Source: Octopus vulgaris
Taxonomy: Eukaryota
Assembly (NCBI GenBank): GCA_951406725.2
Contig: OX597827.1
Span: 27,962,001-28,026,000, forward strand
Direction of reading: 5' to 3'
DNA: 64,000 bases
The translations under genes and the position numbers were made by a program. The notes beneath the pieces are model-generated. The model was not told the origin of the DNA. It was given only the letters and a program-made list of their open reading frames with translations, and did no database searches. Shown in pieces: positions 14,269 through 29,295 of the stretch; within the stretch, counting starts at the first letter, position 1, and each line of letters begins with the position of its first letter.

Positions 14269-14319
14269 GGTTTGAACAGCGTTACACCAAGTGTTCGCTG
14301 TCGAAACGTTTGTAAAACC
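14269..14319 (+). ncRNA. decayed type I hammerhead (core partly deleted)
   Basis: GGTTT-GA-ACAGCG..CGCTGT-C-GAAA-CGTTTG-TA-AAACC: stems I and II intact, CUGAU missing. Confidence 0.4.
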
Positions 14320-14719
14320 TATAAAATGTAGGAATGTTGTTGCTGTACCCTGCGTATCTTGAACGTGAGCCCGTGATCCTATCGATCACTAATCAATTAT
14401 AATTCATTAACCAAATATTTGACATTGTCATTATTCAGCTATTAAATCGACCATCTATCTATTCAATTAATCTATTAATTACACGTTTATCTATTTATTT
14501 ATTCATTACAGAAACGTCGGTTTAATTGGTTCTATATTTTCAGCACTCTACATTTTAATGATTCTTAATAAATACGCCCTTTCGAAATCTCCTCCTACAT
14601 ATGCCATGTACTCCACTTCCAATATTGTTGGTTTTATTCAACCATAGTTCACACCATCTTGATATTTGTTAGCAATCATAATTTTATCATATCCTACGGC
14701 GTAAATGTTACCTGTGTGC

Positions 14720-14763
<44 letters not shown>

Positions 14764-14858
14764 CTGTATGAGTTAGAGATTGAATAAATAGACATACTGA
14801 AATGTTTACCGGCTGCTGTCTGTCGAATTTATATCCTCTCCGTTTTCTTATTTGCTAT

Positions 14859-14919
<61 letters not shown>

Positions 14920-14960
14920 TATATACATATGTATATGTACACATTTACATCTATTCGTAT

Positions 14961-15024
<64 letters not shown>

Positions 15025-15025
<1 letters not shown>

Positions 15026-15350
15026 CAGGACGTGATGAAACGTGTACAACCCCTCAAATATACGAAGCACGAGTACATGGAACATGAACTATTCTTTCGA
15101 ACAACGAAAGACACATATGGAAAACAAAAGAAACAGCATAAAGAACGAACCCTCATCAGTTGTTGGCTTTTCCTAGTCTCGTATTTCGAACATTTAACAA
15201 CAATATACGCCGCTTTCGATAAAACAGTTGCTCCCGCTAAGGAAATGAAATAAAATTTGGGATCTTGCGGAGGGTCAAATATTGGTAATACAAACAGGAC
15301 AGTGAAAACAAACAGGAAGGGCTGCTAAGCCTAAAAGAGGTTGTAGTGGC
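15025..15350 (-). mobile_element. dispersed repeat with a rearranged hammerhead motif (same family as 30200-30570)
   Basis: Minus strand TTGACCCTCCGCAAGATCCCAAATTTTATTT resembles TTAACCCTCCGCAAAAATCCCAAATTTTATTT at ~30330. Confidence 0.65.
15150..15209 (-). ncRNA. candidate non-circularly permuted hammerhead ribozyme
   Basis: CGUAU-A-UUGUUG-uuaaauguuC-GAA-AUACG-(14 nt)-CAACAA-CUGAUGA-GGG: perfect 5-bp stem III and 6-bp stem I, intact core, strands in reversed order. Confidence 0.6.
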
Positions 15351-15457
15351 GAATACACACACACACATACACATACACATACACACAAACACACACACAG
15401 ACACACACACAGACACACACACATATATATATATATGTATATATATAGACATATATA

Positions 15458-16597
15458 TAATAACAAATGGTAAAATTAATAAATTAAGAAGTAATCAGTA
15501 ATTTCACCAAGTAGAATTTGGCATGAAAAAGACCATTTCATGGTAAGCTTAAGTAATACTTTATAATTAGGGTTCAGCAAAGATTTGCTTTACCACATAC
15601 TAAAGTTTAGAAATAGCAGTAAAAAAACCTTAGCTATTTCTTCTACTTTAAAAGGGAATTCCAGAAAAACCAAAGTACCTGAAAACAATCTACGCAGGCA
15701 AAGAGGAAAAATAACGAAAATCAATCAATATTTGGTTACCCACGTACGCGCGTTTCGGAATTAAATCGGTATAAAGGATATAGAATTATACTTTACCCAA
15801 CCATTTTCGACTCATCAGCGTGGGATTCCAACAATATTATATATTGAATATTAAATTCAAAGGCGCTAGAATATATCTCCCCACCTAACGGTATCAGACA
15901 GATCATATTCAGTGCTAGTGCCGCCAAATTCAAAATACGAATGAGAGGTAATCATATTCCCCTGCCCATTAGCGTGTGTCACCAAGTAATATGCTACAGA
16001 GAGAAACTAGTTTGTTATCAGGGAGAAAAATTCCATTATCAATAATAACAAAGGGTAAAATTAATTAATTAAGAAGTAATCAGTAAGTTAACCAAGTAGA
16101 ATTCGGCATGAAAATGACCATTTCATGGTAAGCTTAAGTAATACTTTATATTTAGGGTTCAGCAAAGGTTTGCTTTACCACATACTAAAGTTTAGAAATA
16201 GCAGTAAAAAAACCTTAGCTATTTCTTCTACTTTAAAAGGGAATCCCAGAAAAACCAAAGTACCTGAAAACAATCTACGCAGGCAAAGAGGAAAAATAAC
16301 GAAAATCAATCCATATTTGGTTACCCACGTACGCGCGTTTCGGAATTAAATCGGTATAAAGAATATAGAATTATACTTTAACAAACTACAGTTTCTCTCT
16401 GTAGCATCTTACTTGGCGACACACAATCTAATGGGCAGGGGAATGTGATGAACTCTCATTCGTATTTTGAATTTGGCGGCACTAGCACTGAATATGATCT
16501 GTCTGATACCGTTAGGTGGAGAGATATATTCCAGTGCCTTCGAATTTAATATTTAATATTTAATATTGTTGGAATCCCACGCTGATGAGTCGAAAAT
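15458..16597 (-). mobile_element. Penelope-like terminal repeat: tandem duplication plus inverted segment
   Basis: 15458-15800 is repeated at ~16043-16380; ~16390-16597 is the reverse complement of ~15803-16010; contains a canonical HHR. Confidence 0.8.
15739..15824 (-). ncRNA. type I hammerhead ribozyme (Penelope-type)
   Basis: CCCACG-CTGATGA-G...C-GAAA-CGCGCG-TA-CGTGGG: 6-bp stem I, palindromic stem III, GUA site. Confidence 0.85.
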
Positions 16598-16616
16598 ACA
16601 TATATATATACAGATA

Positions 16617-16905
16617 GGCGCAGGAGTGACTGTGTGGTAAGTAGCTTGTTTATCAACCACATGGTTCCGAGTTCAGTCCTTCTGCCTGGAACCTTGAGCA
16701 AGTGTCTTCTAATATAGCCACAGGATGACTAAAGCCTTGTGACCGGACTTTGTAGTATATACTTGTGTGAGTGTTTGTCCTCCACCAACGCCTGCTGACC
16801 GCGTAACCTAGCGGTGCAACAAAAAATCACCGATATAATAAGCATCAGACTTTAAAATATAAGTACTGGGATGGAATCGTTCAGCGAAAAATCCTTCACG
16901 ATGCC
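16617..16905 (+). mobile_element. SINE family C
   Basis: GGCGCAGGAGTGACTGTGTGGTAAGTAGC...GAGTTCAGTCC head. Confidence 0.75.
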
Positions 16906-18447
16906 ACGTGGTAGTTTTGAACCCGGAACCATGAGGCTGGAAAGCAAACTTCTTACTACACAGCCATTGCATGAAACTCAGATATTTTTATCTTGCTGTG
17001 TTAACTATCTGCCTGTTTTTAACTGTAAGACATAACCACAATAATGGTTCGAGCGGGTTTATTTCCCTTGAAAACCACAGCGTAACATACAAACGCATAC
17101 CATGACAATCGGAGCGCAATTTTGATAATATGATGGTTATTGAAAGAGAGAAACTGCAATAAAGAGAAAATATTGGCTACAAATAAATAACTTTTCCAAA
17201 GTTTATTGAACACCAATGCAACAATATCAAGTGTCCTTTTATATTTCCTGTAAATGATGTTCTTTAAAAAGAAGGTCTCATATTCTTTTCTTTTTCTTTT
17301 TTCCTTTTTTATTCCCCTTTTCTTTCTTTTTTTTTTTGGTCATGTAAGTAGCTAATAACTTCGAAATATATATTTTTTCATCTTTGTGAAAAGTTGGCAA
17401 TTGAAGATCAATACTGTCTCTGGAGTTTCAAATGTTTATACAGAATTTAGAAGTCTTCATCAAATTACTAACAAGGTACTTAATACCATATTCTCAAGAC
17501 TGACAAGGCGCCATTTGAAAATTCAATTTATTTTCATCGAAATATGATAACAACTATCGGAGATACGTTAAGTTATGTTTGTCTTCTTTGTTCTGAATAT
17601 TTTTCTTCTTCAAAGATTCATCGCTAATTTAATATTAGACAAATGTTCATTCTTTATTATTACCATTCTGTATCTCATGATAATATACACCATTTTTTTT
17701 CTGACATCAACGGCGTAAATATGAATATCAAATGCTCTTAAGTTCGTTTGCTTTTCTTCTCATCTCCAAGTTATTTTTCATTATTCTATCTTTTTCTCGC
17801 TGGTTTTCACAAGAGAATTTAATCTGCCGTTACTTGTCGAGTCACCAAGTGAGACGTTACCTGGTAACTAAATTTTCTAGAAATAGTAGCGAGAGTTTCT
17901 CTTAACCCACTCACTGTTGAGTTACAGAATAAATTAAGAAAGAACGCATACGATAATAAAGAAATAACCCCAGTATGGTGGCCATAGTTACATATTTGAT
18001 CATACGCCCTGCTCGAATAGCACTAAGCTAGGGCTAAACAGCAACAGCGACAACTGAAACGCAATCATCAACACTACTACAATCGCCAACACAACCACTA
18101 ACGGTACTCTCACCAACACAACTATCACCAACACTAAAAGTGCTACGAACGCTACTGTCGCTAAGAGCACCAGGAGATAAGCCGGGATCATTGTTCATTG
18201 AATGATTTTGCTCATAAACCTGGAATGGTTTTGGTCATGGCTAGACCGAAGTCCAAACAGTAACAGTACTGGCCCCTGTATAGACCGGGTCAGGGGAAAT
18301 TAAGTGCAACATTCAAGCCTCTCACACCTGACTTGCGGTCTCCTCTTTCTCAGTCTGTTTATCTGTCTATTTCTCTCCCTCTCACTCTCTCTCTCTCTCG
18401 CTGCCCCCTTTCACTCTCCCTTTATCTCAGTCTGTCTGTCTGACACT

Positions 18448-18478
<31 letters not shown>

Positions 18479-18489
18479 ACACTTTCACT

Positions 18490-18760
18490 GCTTTTTCTAC
18501 CTCAGCAGTGACTGATCTCGTGTAACACTCACCATTGCATTGTTGATCAACCCGTCTATCCTTCGCCCTCACCTCGCCCAGTCCTTCTTCTCGGGAACAT
18601 CGGTCCTCTGGGAGGTTCTTTTTTCTCTTTCCATTACTACATTTTCCCGGTAGTCGTCCGCAGTCATTGCAAAACATTTAAACAGAAACATTAACCCTGC
18701 TGACCTCACTGGTCTTAAAATGTTTCCAAGGATCATAGACACTATCTCTTTATAACCAAA
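18490..18760 (+). mobile_element. degenerate CR1/Jockey-group LINE 3' end
   Basis: Translates to HLAQSFFSGTSVLW...NRNIN, resembling the SFFPRT..LWN.LP...FK..IN C-terminus of these LINEs. Confidence 0.45.
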
Positions 18761-19934
18761 ATAATAACAATAACAAAGAAAATAAACATATACTAAAACA
18801 GCGTCAGACCCTGATGCGAACCGTGGACACTTCGTCCATTACAGAGACAGTTTTATCGACATCCCTCGGCCATTATAACACGAACAGAATGAGGAGAAGT
18901 AAAAGGTTAAACAAAACTTTAATAATTATAAACCACACATATTTGCGTTAATAACTCACAATTTTGTAGAAATACTGTGTGATCAGAATCTGTTCATAAT
19001 TACCAATAGTGTGTTAGAAAGATTTATTCTATTCAAAAATCAATAAAGATATTTTGAATTAATACATTTTTTTTTTCAAATATGGCAATCAATTTTAATT
19101 TGGTGCATTAGCTGAATCAATTATAGGCTTTTAACACACTCTACGTTTTTTCCCCTCTTTCTCTAGTAAATGAAACACAGCATGTCGTGAGTAAATCGAA
19201 AACGTTACTTGCTGAATTACGCATGCGTAGCTGTGTGGAATGATGTGCTGATGTGGTGGTGTGATGTCGGAGCGGTGGTGGTGTTTTTAAGAGCGAAATT
19301 GAATAATAACTTCCCCAACTGGACCTCATAAATCATATTGACGGGCCAGGTGTTAGAAAATCTAAGCGAACAGTAGGACTTGTAGTAAAGCAATGGATTC
19401 TCACTTGTCTAAGTAAGCCTGTTCCTGCATCCGAGATAATTGGACGCTGACAGTATCGTTCATCATTGAGAGAAGAAAAAGACGACACGGCCTTTTACAT
19501 GAACATTGAATAATAGTTCAAGAAAATGTTTCACTTATTTATATACTGATCAATGATGGATGTTAAAATGAGGAGTCAATTTGGTTACGTAACCCTCAAA
19601 ATGTTTTCTTTCAGAACAGGAAAACTTCTATTTCACATCTTTACATTTTTTTTTGCAAGTAGTTGTTTATTTATTTATTTATTTATTCATTCATTTATGA
19701 TGTGTTTGCTGTATGATATTTTGTTCCTTTTATAATTCTTTATTTTTACATGTAGTGTTTAAGATTACTCCGCTTCCAATTCAACGGAGTTGCGAAAGAG
19801 AATCAAATGACATCTCGTGAAACCCTGTTCAGCAGATCAGTTGTTAAAGCGCCAACATAAGCTGACATTGCAACATAAGATCAACGTATATTAAATAATT
19901 ATAACACGTAAGATGGCCAATCACATATCTTTTA

Positions 19935-20373
19935 TTCTTTTTTCTTTTCCACTCTAGGCACAAGGCCCGATAATTTTTGGGGAAGGGGCCAGTCAATTAG
20001 ATCGACCTCAGTACACAAATGGTACTTAATTTATCGACCCTGAAAGGATGAAAGGCAAATTCGACCTCGGCAGAATTTGAACTCAGAACGTAGCGGTAGA
20101 TGAAATACCGCTAAGCATTTCGCCCGGCGTGCTAACGTTTCTTATTTCTTTATTGCCCACAAGGGGCTAAACACAGAGGGGGCAAACAAGTACAGACAAA
20201 CGGATTAAGTCAATTACATCGACCCCAGTACGTGACTGTTACTTAATTTATCGACCCCGAAAGGATGAAATGCAAAGTCGACCTCGGCGGAATTTGAACT
20301 CAGAACGTAACGGCAGATGAAATACGGCTACGCATTTCGCCCGTCGTGCTAACGTTTCTACCAGCTCGCCGAC
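19935..20373 (-). mobile_element. two adjacent SINE family B copies
   Basis: TACTTAATTTATCGACCC(T/C)GAAAGGATGAAA occurs twice (~20023 and ~20240). Confidence 0.8.
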
Positions 20374-21889
20374 TTCTTTCTTTTATGATATTATTCAAAT
20401 TTTTATGGTTTTATCATTTGTTTTACTTTATTCGTTATCGAAATGCGGCCATGAAGCAGAATTAAAGGGTTTAGTCGAATAAATCGACACCAGTATATTT
20501 TTAAAGATTTTAAGTCTGGTATTTATTATATCGGTATCTGATACTGAACTGCAAGATTACGAACAATGTAAATATATTAACATCGATTGTATTGTCCTAG
20601 CGGTGGGGTCGGCGCGAACTCACGCACACCCACACACACACACACACACACACACAGATTCACACACACTCACTCTCACACACATACGCGCACAGTTACA
20701 CACACTCTCTCTCACACATACACACACACACTGTGTCTCTCTCACACACACATAAACACTCAACACTATCTCACACACACAGTGTCCCTCTCACACACAC
20801 ACACACACACACTCACACACACATTCGCTCTCTCACACATACACACACACTCATACTCTCTCTCACACACACACTCACATACACTCTCTCACACACACGC
20901 ACTCACACATTCACTCACACACACATAAGATACCAGGGTGTGGATAAATCAGTAATAATTTGTGGTTCGTGTGCTTCTATGTCTATATTCTCCCCTTGCT
21001 CTTTTCTTTGTAACTATCGACGATTCTCCTCTGCCACTACAGTGATCATTCTCTTCATATCGCTAGTGCACTTTGCAATTTTAGTCTTTCGCTATATACT
21101 GCCGCTATCTCTCATTCTATTGTAATCTCTCTCTCGCTTTCTCTTCTTTCTTCTCTCTCTCTCTCTCTTTCTTTTTCTTTGGCAAGGTAACAGTTTTTGA
21201 AAAAGACTTGATTCTTGCAGAACTGCTGCTGAACTGATTTTTAATTCAAGCAGAAAAACACATCGAATGCTACACAAGAGTATTCTGGAAGCCCCGGGCA
21301 GGACATTGGTGACAGTAGATTCCAAAAGAGAAGAGTACCAGTAGTTTTATTACTGTCATATTTTACCACTGTTCCCCAAAGGAATTAAACTTGATGAATT
21401 CTGTCTTCCTTTTAACTTATCATCGCTTTTGGACCGGAGTAAATGTGAATGCAATTCTCTCTTTCTTTAACCATGGTATTGGTAAACAAATTTTAAAAAT
21501 AAATTGTGTGATAAAAATAAGTTCATTTCGCAATTTATCCGTACCTTTTCCAATATCTTCATCTCAAGGGAACCTGACCCTCTCTCTGAGAGAGAGAGAG
21601 AGAGCAACTTCCTTTGACAAACTTCGACTTGGGGAACGTTCTAAATGGCATGCCTAAACTAGAAATTATTTGGAGTTTACACAGAAGTGTGGCCCGCCTG
21701 ATGATGGAGCTATGCTTCATGCGGCCCGCTTCTCGAAAAAGGTTGTCCATGTCTGGTTTGAACTGATTGAAGTTAAAATAGGCGAGTACTGAACTGAAGC
21801 CCATTCAGTTGTGTCTTTTTAATCAATCCATTACTTTCATTCTATCAGGACTTCATTAAAATGTATATGAGTTAATGTTATTGTTGTTT

Positions 21890-22700
21890 TTATCTCAAGT
21901 CAACTTTCAGACATATAATAAAAACAATCTAGCCATGACCAACATCCTAACTTTTCACGTCTAGTTCATCTTGAACTATACTACATCTTCGATTTTTTTT
22001 TAAGAATGTAAGATGAGTTGTGAAATAAACTTGGCTGTTATTTCTAGTAGGTCGACGAACTACATAAAAGCTCTTACTGGCAGAGGTCAACCCTAAGGAA
22101 ACAGATCATCGTTCAAAGCCTTCCAACTGCGACCATCCCGCTTTTCTTAGATTTAAGTATATCTTACACTATACTATCCAATATAACCTTACATATTTTA
22201 AAAAAAGATAGCTGGGTTTGATTCAAAGGAGATTTTAGTTACTCTTTCTAGCCAGTAAAACATCTACGTGAAAGGTCTTCATTTGTTCATTGCGTTCCGT
22301 ATTTTTTTCTAAATACAGCAGAGTGTGATTGAATGAGCTTTAGCTTCTATTTCTTTCAAATAAAGTGCCTGTAGACAGCAGGACCGTCTTAACAGCATTA
22401 TAAATTTCAGACAGAGCAAAGCACAGCGACCTTTAGTATTTAACAGCGACTACCTGTATACATAGAACATTTTGGGGTTTATGATCCTGTTGGGTCTCCA
22501 AACAAACGCCTAATGTGTCTCTGCTTTCATACAAAACTGATATAAGTGTCCCTTTGTTATCTCATTGCGTTCCCTTTTTTAAATCGATGCAGTATGACTT
22601 GAGTAGACTTCTCTTTATGGATAACAGTGTCATTTGAGAAAGCTTTTGACTACTGTTTCTGTTAGATCGAGCAAAGTATGCTAACGTCATAGGAAATTAG
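21890..22700 (+). repeat. degenerate array of a dispersed repeat
   Basis: Recurrent GACCATCCCG..TTTT and TTGGCTGTTATTTCTAGTAGGTCG-like motifs; related pieces near 23270 and 33960 (minus). Confidence 0.45.
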
Positions 22701-22827
22701 AAACTTGAAACTTCGGGAGAACGTGAAACAAATCCTTTTTAACGGTGGAACTCGAAGAAGACAAAGCTATCCAAGGAGATTTTCTTACCTCAATATTTGT
22801 GTTCCACCGCCGTAAAAAAAAAAACCG

Positions 22828-22990
22828 TAGGCGCAGGAGTAGTTATGTGGTAAGTAGCTTGCTTACCAGCCACATGGTTCCGGGTTCATTCCCACTGTGT
22901 GGCACCTTGGGCAAGTATCTTCTACTATAGCCTCGGCCGACCAAAGCCTTGTGAGTGGATTTGGTAGACGGAAACTGAAAGAAGCCCGTC

Positions 22991-23036
<46 letters not shown>

Positions 23037-23262
23037 GTGTTTAAATGTTTGTGTATCTGTTTTTGTCCCCCTTCCCCAACATCGCTTGACAACCGATGCT
23101 GGTGTGTTTACGTCCCCGTAACTTAGCGTTTCGGTAAAAGCGACCGATAGAATAAGTACTAGGCTTACAAAGAATGTCCTGGGGTCGATTTGCTCGACTA
23201 AATCCGGTACTCCAGCATGGTAGCAGTCAAATGACTGAAACAAGTAAAAGAGTAAAGAGAGT
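22828..23262 (+). mobile_element. SINE family C, full length
   Basis: GTAGGCGCAGGAG...CGGGTTCATTCCC...GGAAACTGAAAGAAGCCCGTCG-(TA)n...CAGTCAAATGACTGAAACAAGTAAAAGAG. Confidence 0.85.
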
Positions 23263-23374
23263 ATAGTGAAATATATTTGGCTGTCATTTCTAGCAGGTTA
23301 TTCGTCCACATAACGACTCAGTCAACGGATCATTTAACATTGCAAGTTGTTTCTCTCCTTCCGCCCCCCCCACC

Positions 23375-23473
23375 GCCGCCCGTTCTCTCTTCATTCCATT
23401 CTGTCTTCTCTCCTTCCTTTTTAGCCGCCCGTTCTCTCTTCATTCCATTCTGTCTTCTCTCCTTCCTTTTTAG
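23375..23473. repeat. 49-bp tandem duplication
   Basis: GCCGCCCGTTCTCTCTTCATTCCATTCTGTCTTCTCTCCTTCCTTTTTA occurs twice. Confidence 0.85.
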
Positions 23474-23678
23474 CGAGATGATAGACAAGCAAGTGTAATG
23501 CCATCTCCCACCGAACACACAGAAACAAGCAGGTGATATTCTCGGACAAAGAGTAATAGATGAGTTCTTCCCTTCAAGATAAATGTTAGCATTAATTTAT
23601 TACATTCACTTATTACGTTATCTCAAACATATTTTCGAAAACAATTTTGCTTGGCTTCTTCTTCTTCTTCTTCTTCTT

Positions 23679-25547
<1,869 letters not shown>

Positions 25548-26088
25548 GAGCGAGAGAGCAGTGTATGCAATCAAAGTGACACTGGGGTAAAATATGCAAA
25601 GCCCAGTGTACCCATCTGATAAGGGTACACGAGGCACATGCATCACAACCATATGTGCGCGACATGGTGATCTCATATCAAGATAAATAGCACATGACCT
25701 TGCAGGTGGAGCCCAGTTATAATTTTCTTGTGGTCGAGTAGCCCATCTCGCTCAAAACGTCCTTGAATAAGGATTATTTAATGATGTTGAACGAGCCACC
25801 CATGTTTCCAAAGGGGAATTATCTAAACCTCCAAGAATTCTTTTCAACACACGGCTATGATGCTCCCCCACTACTTCTGCTCATGATCAGAGACGCACAT
25901 ATCGTCAGCCACTAAGTGACATGGTCAACTTGTTAAGGTCAAACAACTGACAAGCAATTCTGTGGTATTGAGCAGAATATTTGCTGTAGCCCATCTTTTA
26001 TACCAAGACAAAACAATGTACATGATAACACTTCCAATCAGTTAAGATCAGAAGCCACGAGAGCCACTGCCTGGTACTGGATAAGGGC

Positions 26089-26090
<2 letters not shown>
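25548..26090 (-). mobile_element. ~540-bp non-coding element embedded in (TAA)n
   Basis: Complex sequence bounded sharply by TAA repeats at both ends; no ORF homology recognised; strand assigned only by analogy with the neighbouring Dong copy. Confidence 0.5.
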
Positions 26091-26152
<62 letters not shown>

Positions 26153-26154
26153 AT

Positions 26155-26215
<61 letters not shown>

Positions 26216-26216
<1 letters not shown>

Positions 26217-27045
26217 GGCTAGCTGGCAGAAACGTTAGCACGCCGGGCGAAATGCATAGCCGTATTTCGTCTGCCGTTACGTTCTGAGTTCAAATTCCGC
26301 CGAAGTCTACTTTGCCTTTCATCCTTTCGGGGTCGATTAAATAAGTACCAGTTACGCACTGGGGTCAATGTAATCGACTTAATCCGTGTGTCTGTCCTTG
26401 TTTGTCCTCGCTCCTCAAAAGTACTGGGTTTGTGCCTAAATTAGAAACCATAAAGCGGTGTGCTGACAGAATCTTTAGAGCGTCAGAGAAAATGTTTTGC
26501 GAGATTTCTTCACCGATTCATTACGTTCTGAGTTCAAATGGCTCCGAGACTATGTTTTTCATTCGTTCCCCTGTCGATAAAATGAAGTACCAGACAAGTA
26601 CTTGTGGAGATGGGGTCGAGTAAGCCTCAAGCTTCAATATTTTTGGCCTTGTGCCATTAGAAGAAATAATAGCGAGCTGGCAGAAGTGTCATGATGTCAG
26701 ACATTTCGCATTTCTCCCAACCCGTTGTGCACTGAGTTTAAATTCTGGTAGGGTCAATAAAATAAAGTAGCAGTCAAGTATTGCCCCTCCTCTCAAAACA
26801 GCTTGTCTTGTGCCAGAATTAGAATTTTTTATTATTTATATAATCGAAAGGCAGCCACATCAAATGTTTAGCAGCATTTCTTCCAGCTTTACGTTCTCAG
26901 TTCAAATTCCACCGGGGTGGACTATACCTTTCATGTTTTCGAGGGTCGATAAAATAAGTATCAGTTGAACACTGGTGTCGATGTTATCGAATAGCTCCCC
27001 CTCCCATCAAACTCCAGGCCTCGTGCTCATAGTAGAAAAAGATTC
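26216..27045 (+). mobile_element. cluster of four SINE family B copies, three degenerate
   Basis: GTTCT(G/C)AGTTCAAAT...GTCGATAAAAT-type motifs at ~26280, 26525, 26732 and 26893. Confidence 0.7.
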
Positions 27046-27149
27046 TTGATGCAATTGGAATGGATGGCAGAGAGAACCGGATCGACGAAATCCTTTCAGT
27101 TTGGAAATTCATATCTCTTTTCAACCTTTCCGAGTGTTCCAATCGATCC

Positions 27150-27428
27150 GATCAGCGGGACTGCTTGCTCATGAAATTAATGTTGAAGTGGCTGAGTACT
27201 CCACAGACAAGCGTACCATTAATGTAGACCACTGGCCGATTCAGCGTGATACAGGGTGTGACAGGGCTGGCCCTTTGAAATACAGGTACAGCTCGTTTAT
27301 ACCAGCGTAGTGGACGGTAGCAACGGGAAATAAGTATCGAACTCAAGGACACAACACATTGCCGGGAATTGAACTCACGACCAGACGATCATATGCTGTT
27401 ACCTTAACCATTAAGCCATGCGCTTCCA
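27150..27428 (-). mobile_element. SINE family D-related
   Basis: Minus strand GAAGCGCATGGCTTAATGGTTAAGG...GTGAGTTCAATTCCCGG. Confidence 0.65.
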
Positions 27429-27923
27429 CGACAGAGTTGAACACAAATGTGTTATCAACGCGAAGCCGAACGCTTGTGTTAGGAATCATAAAGCTAGCGA
27501 CTAATGGCGCATGCCTGCGAAGAGAAGAATTGGTGAGAGTGATCGTCAAATAGGGATAAGAAAAAGAAAACAAAAACCCGCAGAAATAATCGAGAATGAA
27601 CGGCGATGTTTATTAGAGGCTAAATATTGTAGCTTAAAATAAAACGTAATAAGATACGTTGAAATACAAATTAGAAAATATATCAGAAAAATACGGTTTT
27701 ACATACGTAGGCTTTGCTATTAAGCGCATCGTTCTAAAGCTACCCATGAGAGGTGGGTTGAAACTAAATGTCAGGATTTATGGTGTATGGTGGCAGGGTT
27801 TTATGTATCTCAGATTTTAAGACTGGTGTAATATGGGAGCTTAAAATAAAACGTAATATTGCACAAAACTATAAGATACACACACGCACGCGCACACACA
27901 CAGACAAACACAGAAACACACAG

Positions 27924-27963
<40 letters not shown>

Positions 27964-28069
27964 ATATATAACTATGTACGGATGTGTCCATATATATACA
28001 CATATATATATAGATAGATAAATAGATAGATAGATAGACAGACAGATAGATGCAATCTACATATATATA

Positions 28070-28104
<35 letters not shown>

Positions 28105-28228
28105 GCGTACATACATATAAATAATGTATATATGTATGACACATACATACCATTTAATATATGTTATATAGACATGTATATATAATCAAAACATACAGCA
28201 AAAGATATATTTGCATATATGTATATAC

Positions 28229-28309
<81 letters not shown>

Positions 28310-28813
28310 TACATATATATATATATGTACAGAATCTGATATTTATGCCAGAGTTCTAAAAGCTAATCAGGGTACAGGGACTGATTTTTAAATATCGTTG
28401 GAAACATACCTTAAAACTATAAAGTCGAATTTATGTTTTGTAAACCTCATTAAACAAACAGGCCTTGATAAATAAAATTTGCAATCAAATGTTGAAAAAA
28501 TAAAAAAACACTTTTGATCTTCTCGTCATGCTTCATCAAATTGAAAGAGACAAACTGGAGAAATGGTTTGGGAATCGATAGAGCATCTGAGAAAATATCT
28601 TGAGTTTATTGTTACCGCATTTTGCGTTCTGACTGCAAATTCCATCGATAAAGTAAAAACAAGTCACATACAGAGATCGATATAATCGATGAAAATTCCT
28701 CCCCCACCTTCCCTGATATTTGTATATATTCGAAGCTTGCAATCACTAGCAATCGCGTGCGCAAAATACCACAGACGGAAATATTTACTTACTCTAAGAA
28801 ATGCACACACTCA

Positions 28814-28940
<127 letters not shown>

Positions 28941-29109
28941 CTATATATTTATATATTTGTTACTTGCTTCAGTCAATGCGCGGGGGAAAAATCACTTGCA
29001 AAGTAGAAAATGTAAGGAAGCTGAATACAGGACTCGAACCGCGAACCTTCTGTATCCATTCCACATGATCTGTCAGTATTGGTTTCAAATTTTTGCTTCC
29101 GGTGAGCAA

Positions 29110-29295
29110 TGTCGGGGCAGAAAGTAAGTCGATTACATCGATCCCAGAGCAAAGCTGGTACTTACTTTATCGACTCCGAATGGATGAAAAACAAAGTGGA
29201 CCTCAGCCGGATTTAAATTCAAATCGTAAAATCGGACGAAATGTCGCTAAGCATGTCTGGCCAGCATGTTAAATACTCTGCCAGAACCCCGCTCG
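29110..29295 (-). mobile_element. SINE family B, degenerate
   Basis: CTGGTACTTACTTTATCGACTCCGAATGGATGAAA. Confidence 0.6.

Noticed and set aside
18780-18880. A/B-box-like motifs on the minus strand
   Set aside because: Single degenerate instance with no foldable tRNA or recognisable SINE body
21180-21345. Possible host exon after a pyrimidine tract
   Set aside because: Short frames end in stops, no recognisable protein, no clear donor site
26030-26090. HDV-like ribozyme at the end of the TAA-embedded element
   Set aside because: P1 and P3 pairings could not be built by eye
26216-27045. Regularly spaced repeats suggesting a CRISPR-like array
   Set aside because: The units are diverged SINE copies in eukaryotic DNA; no identical repeats, spacers or cas genes
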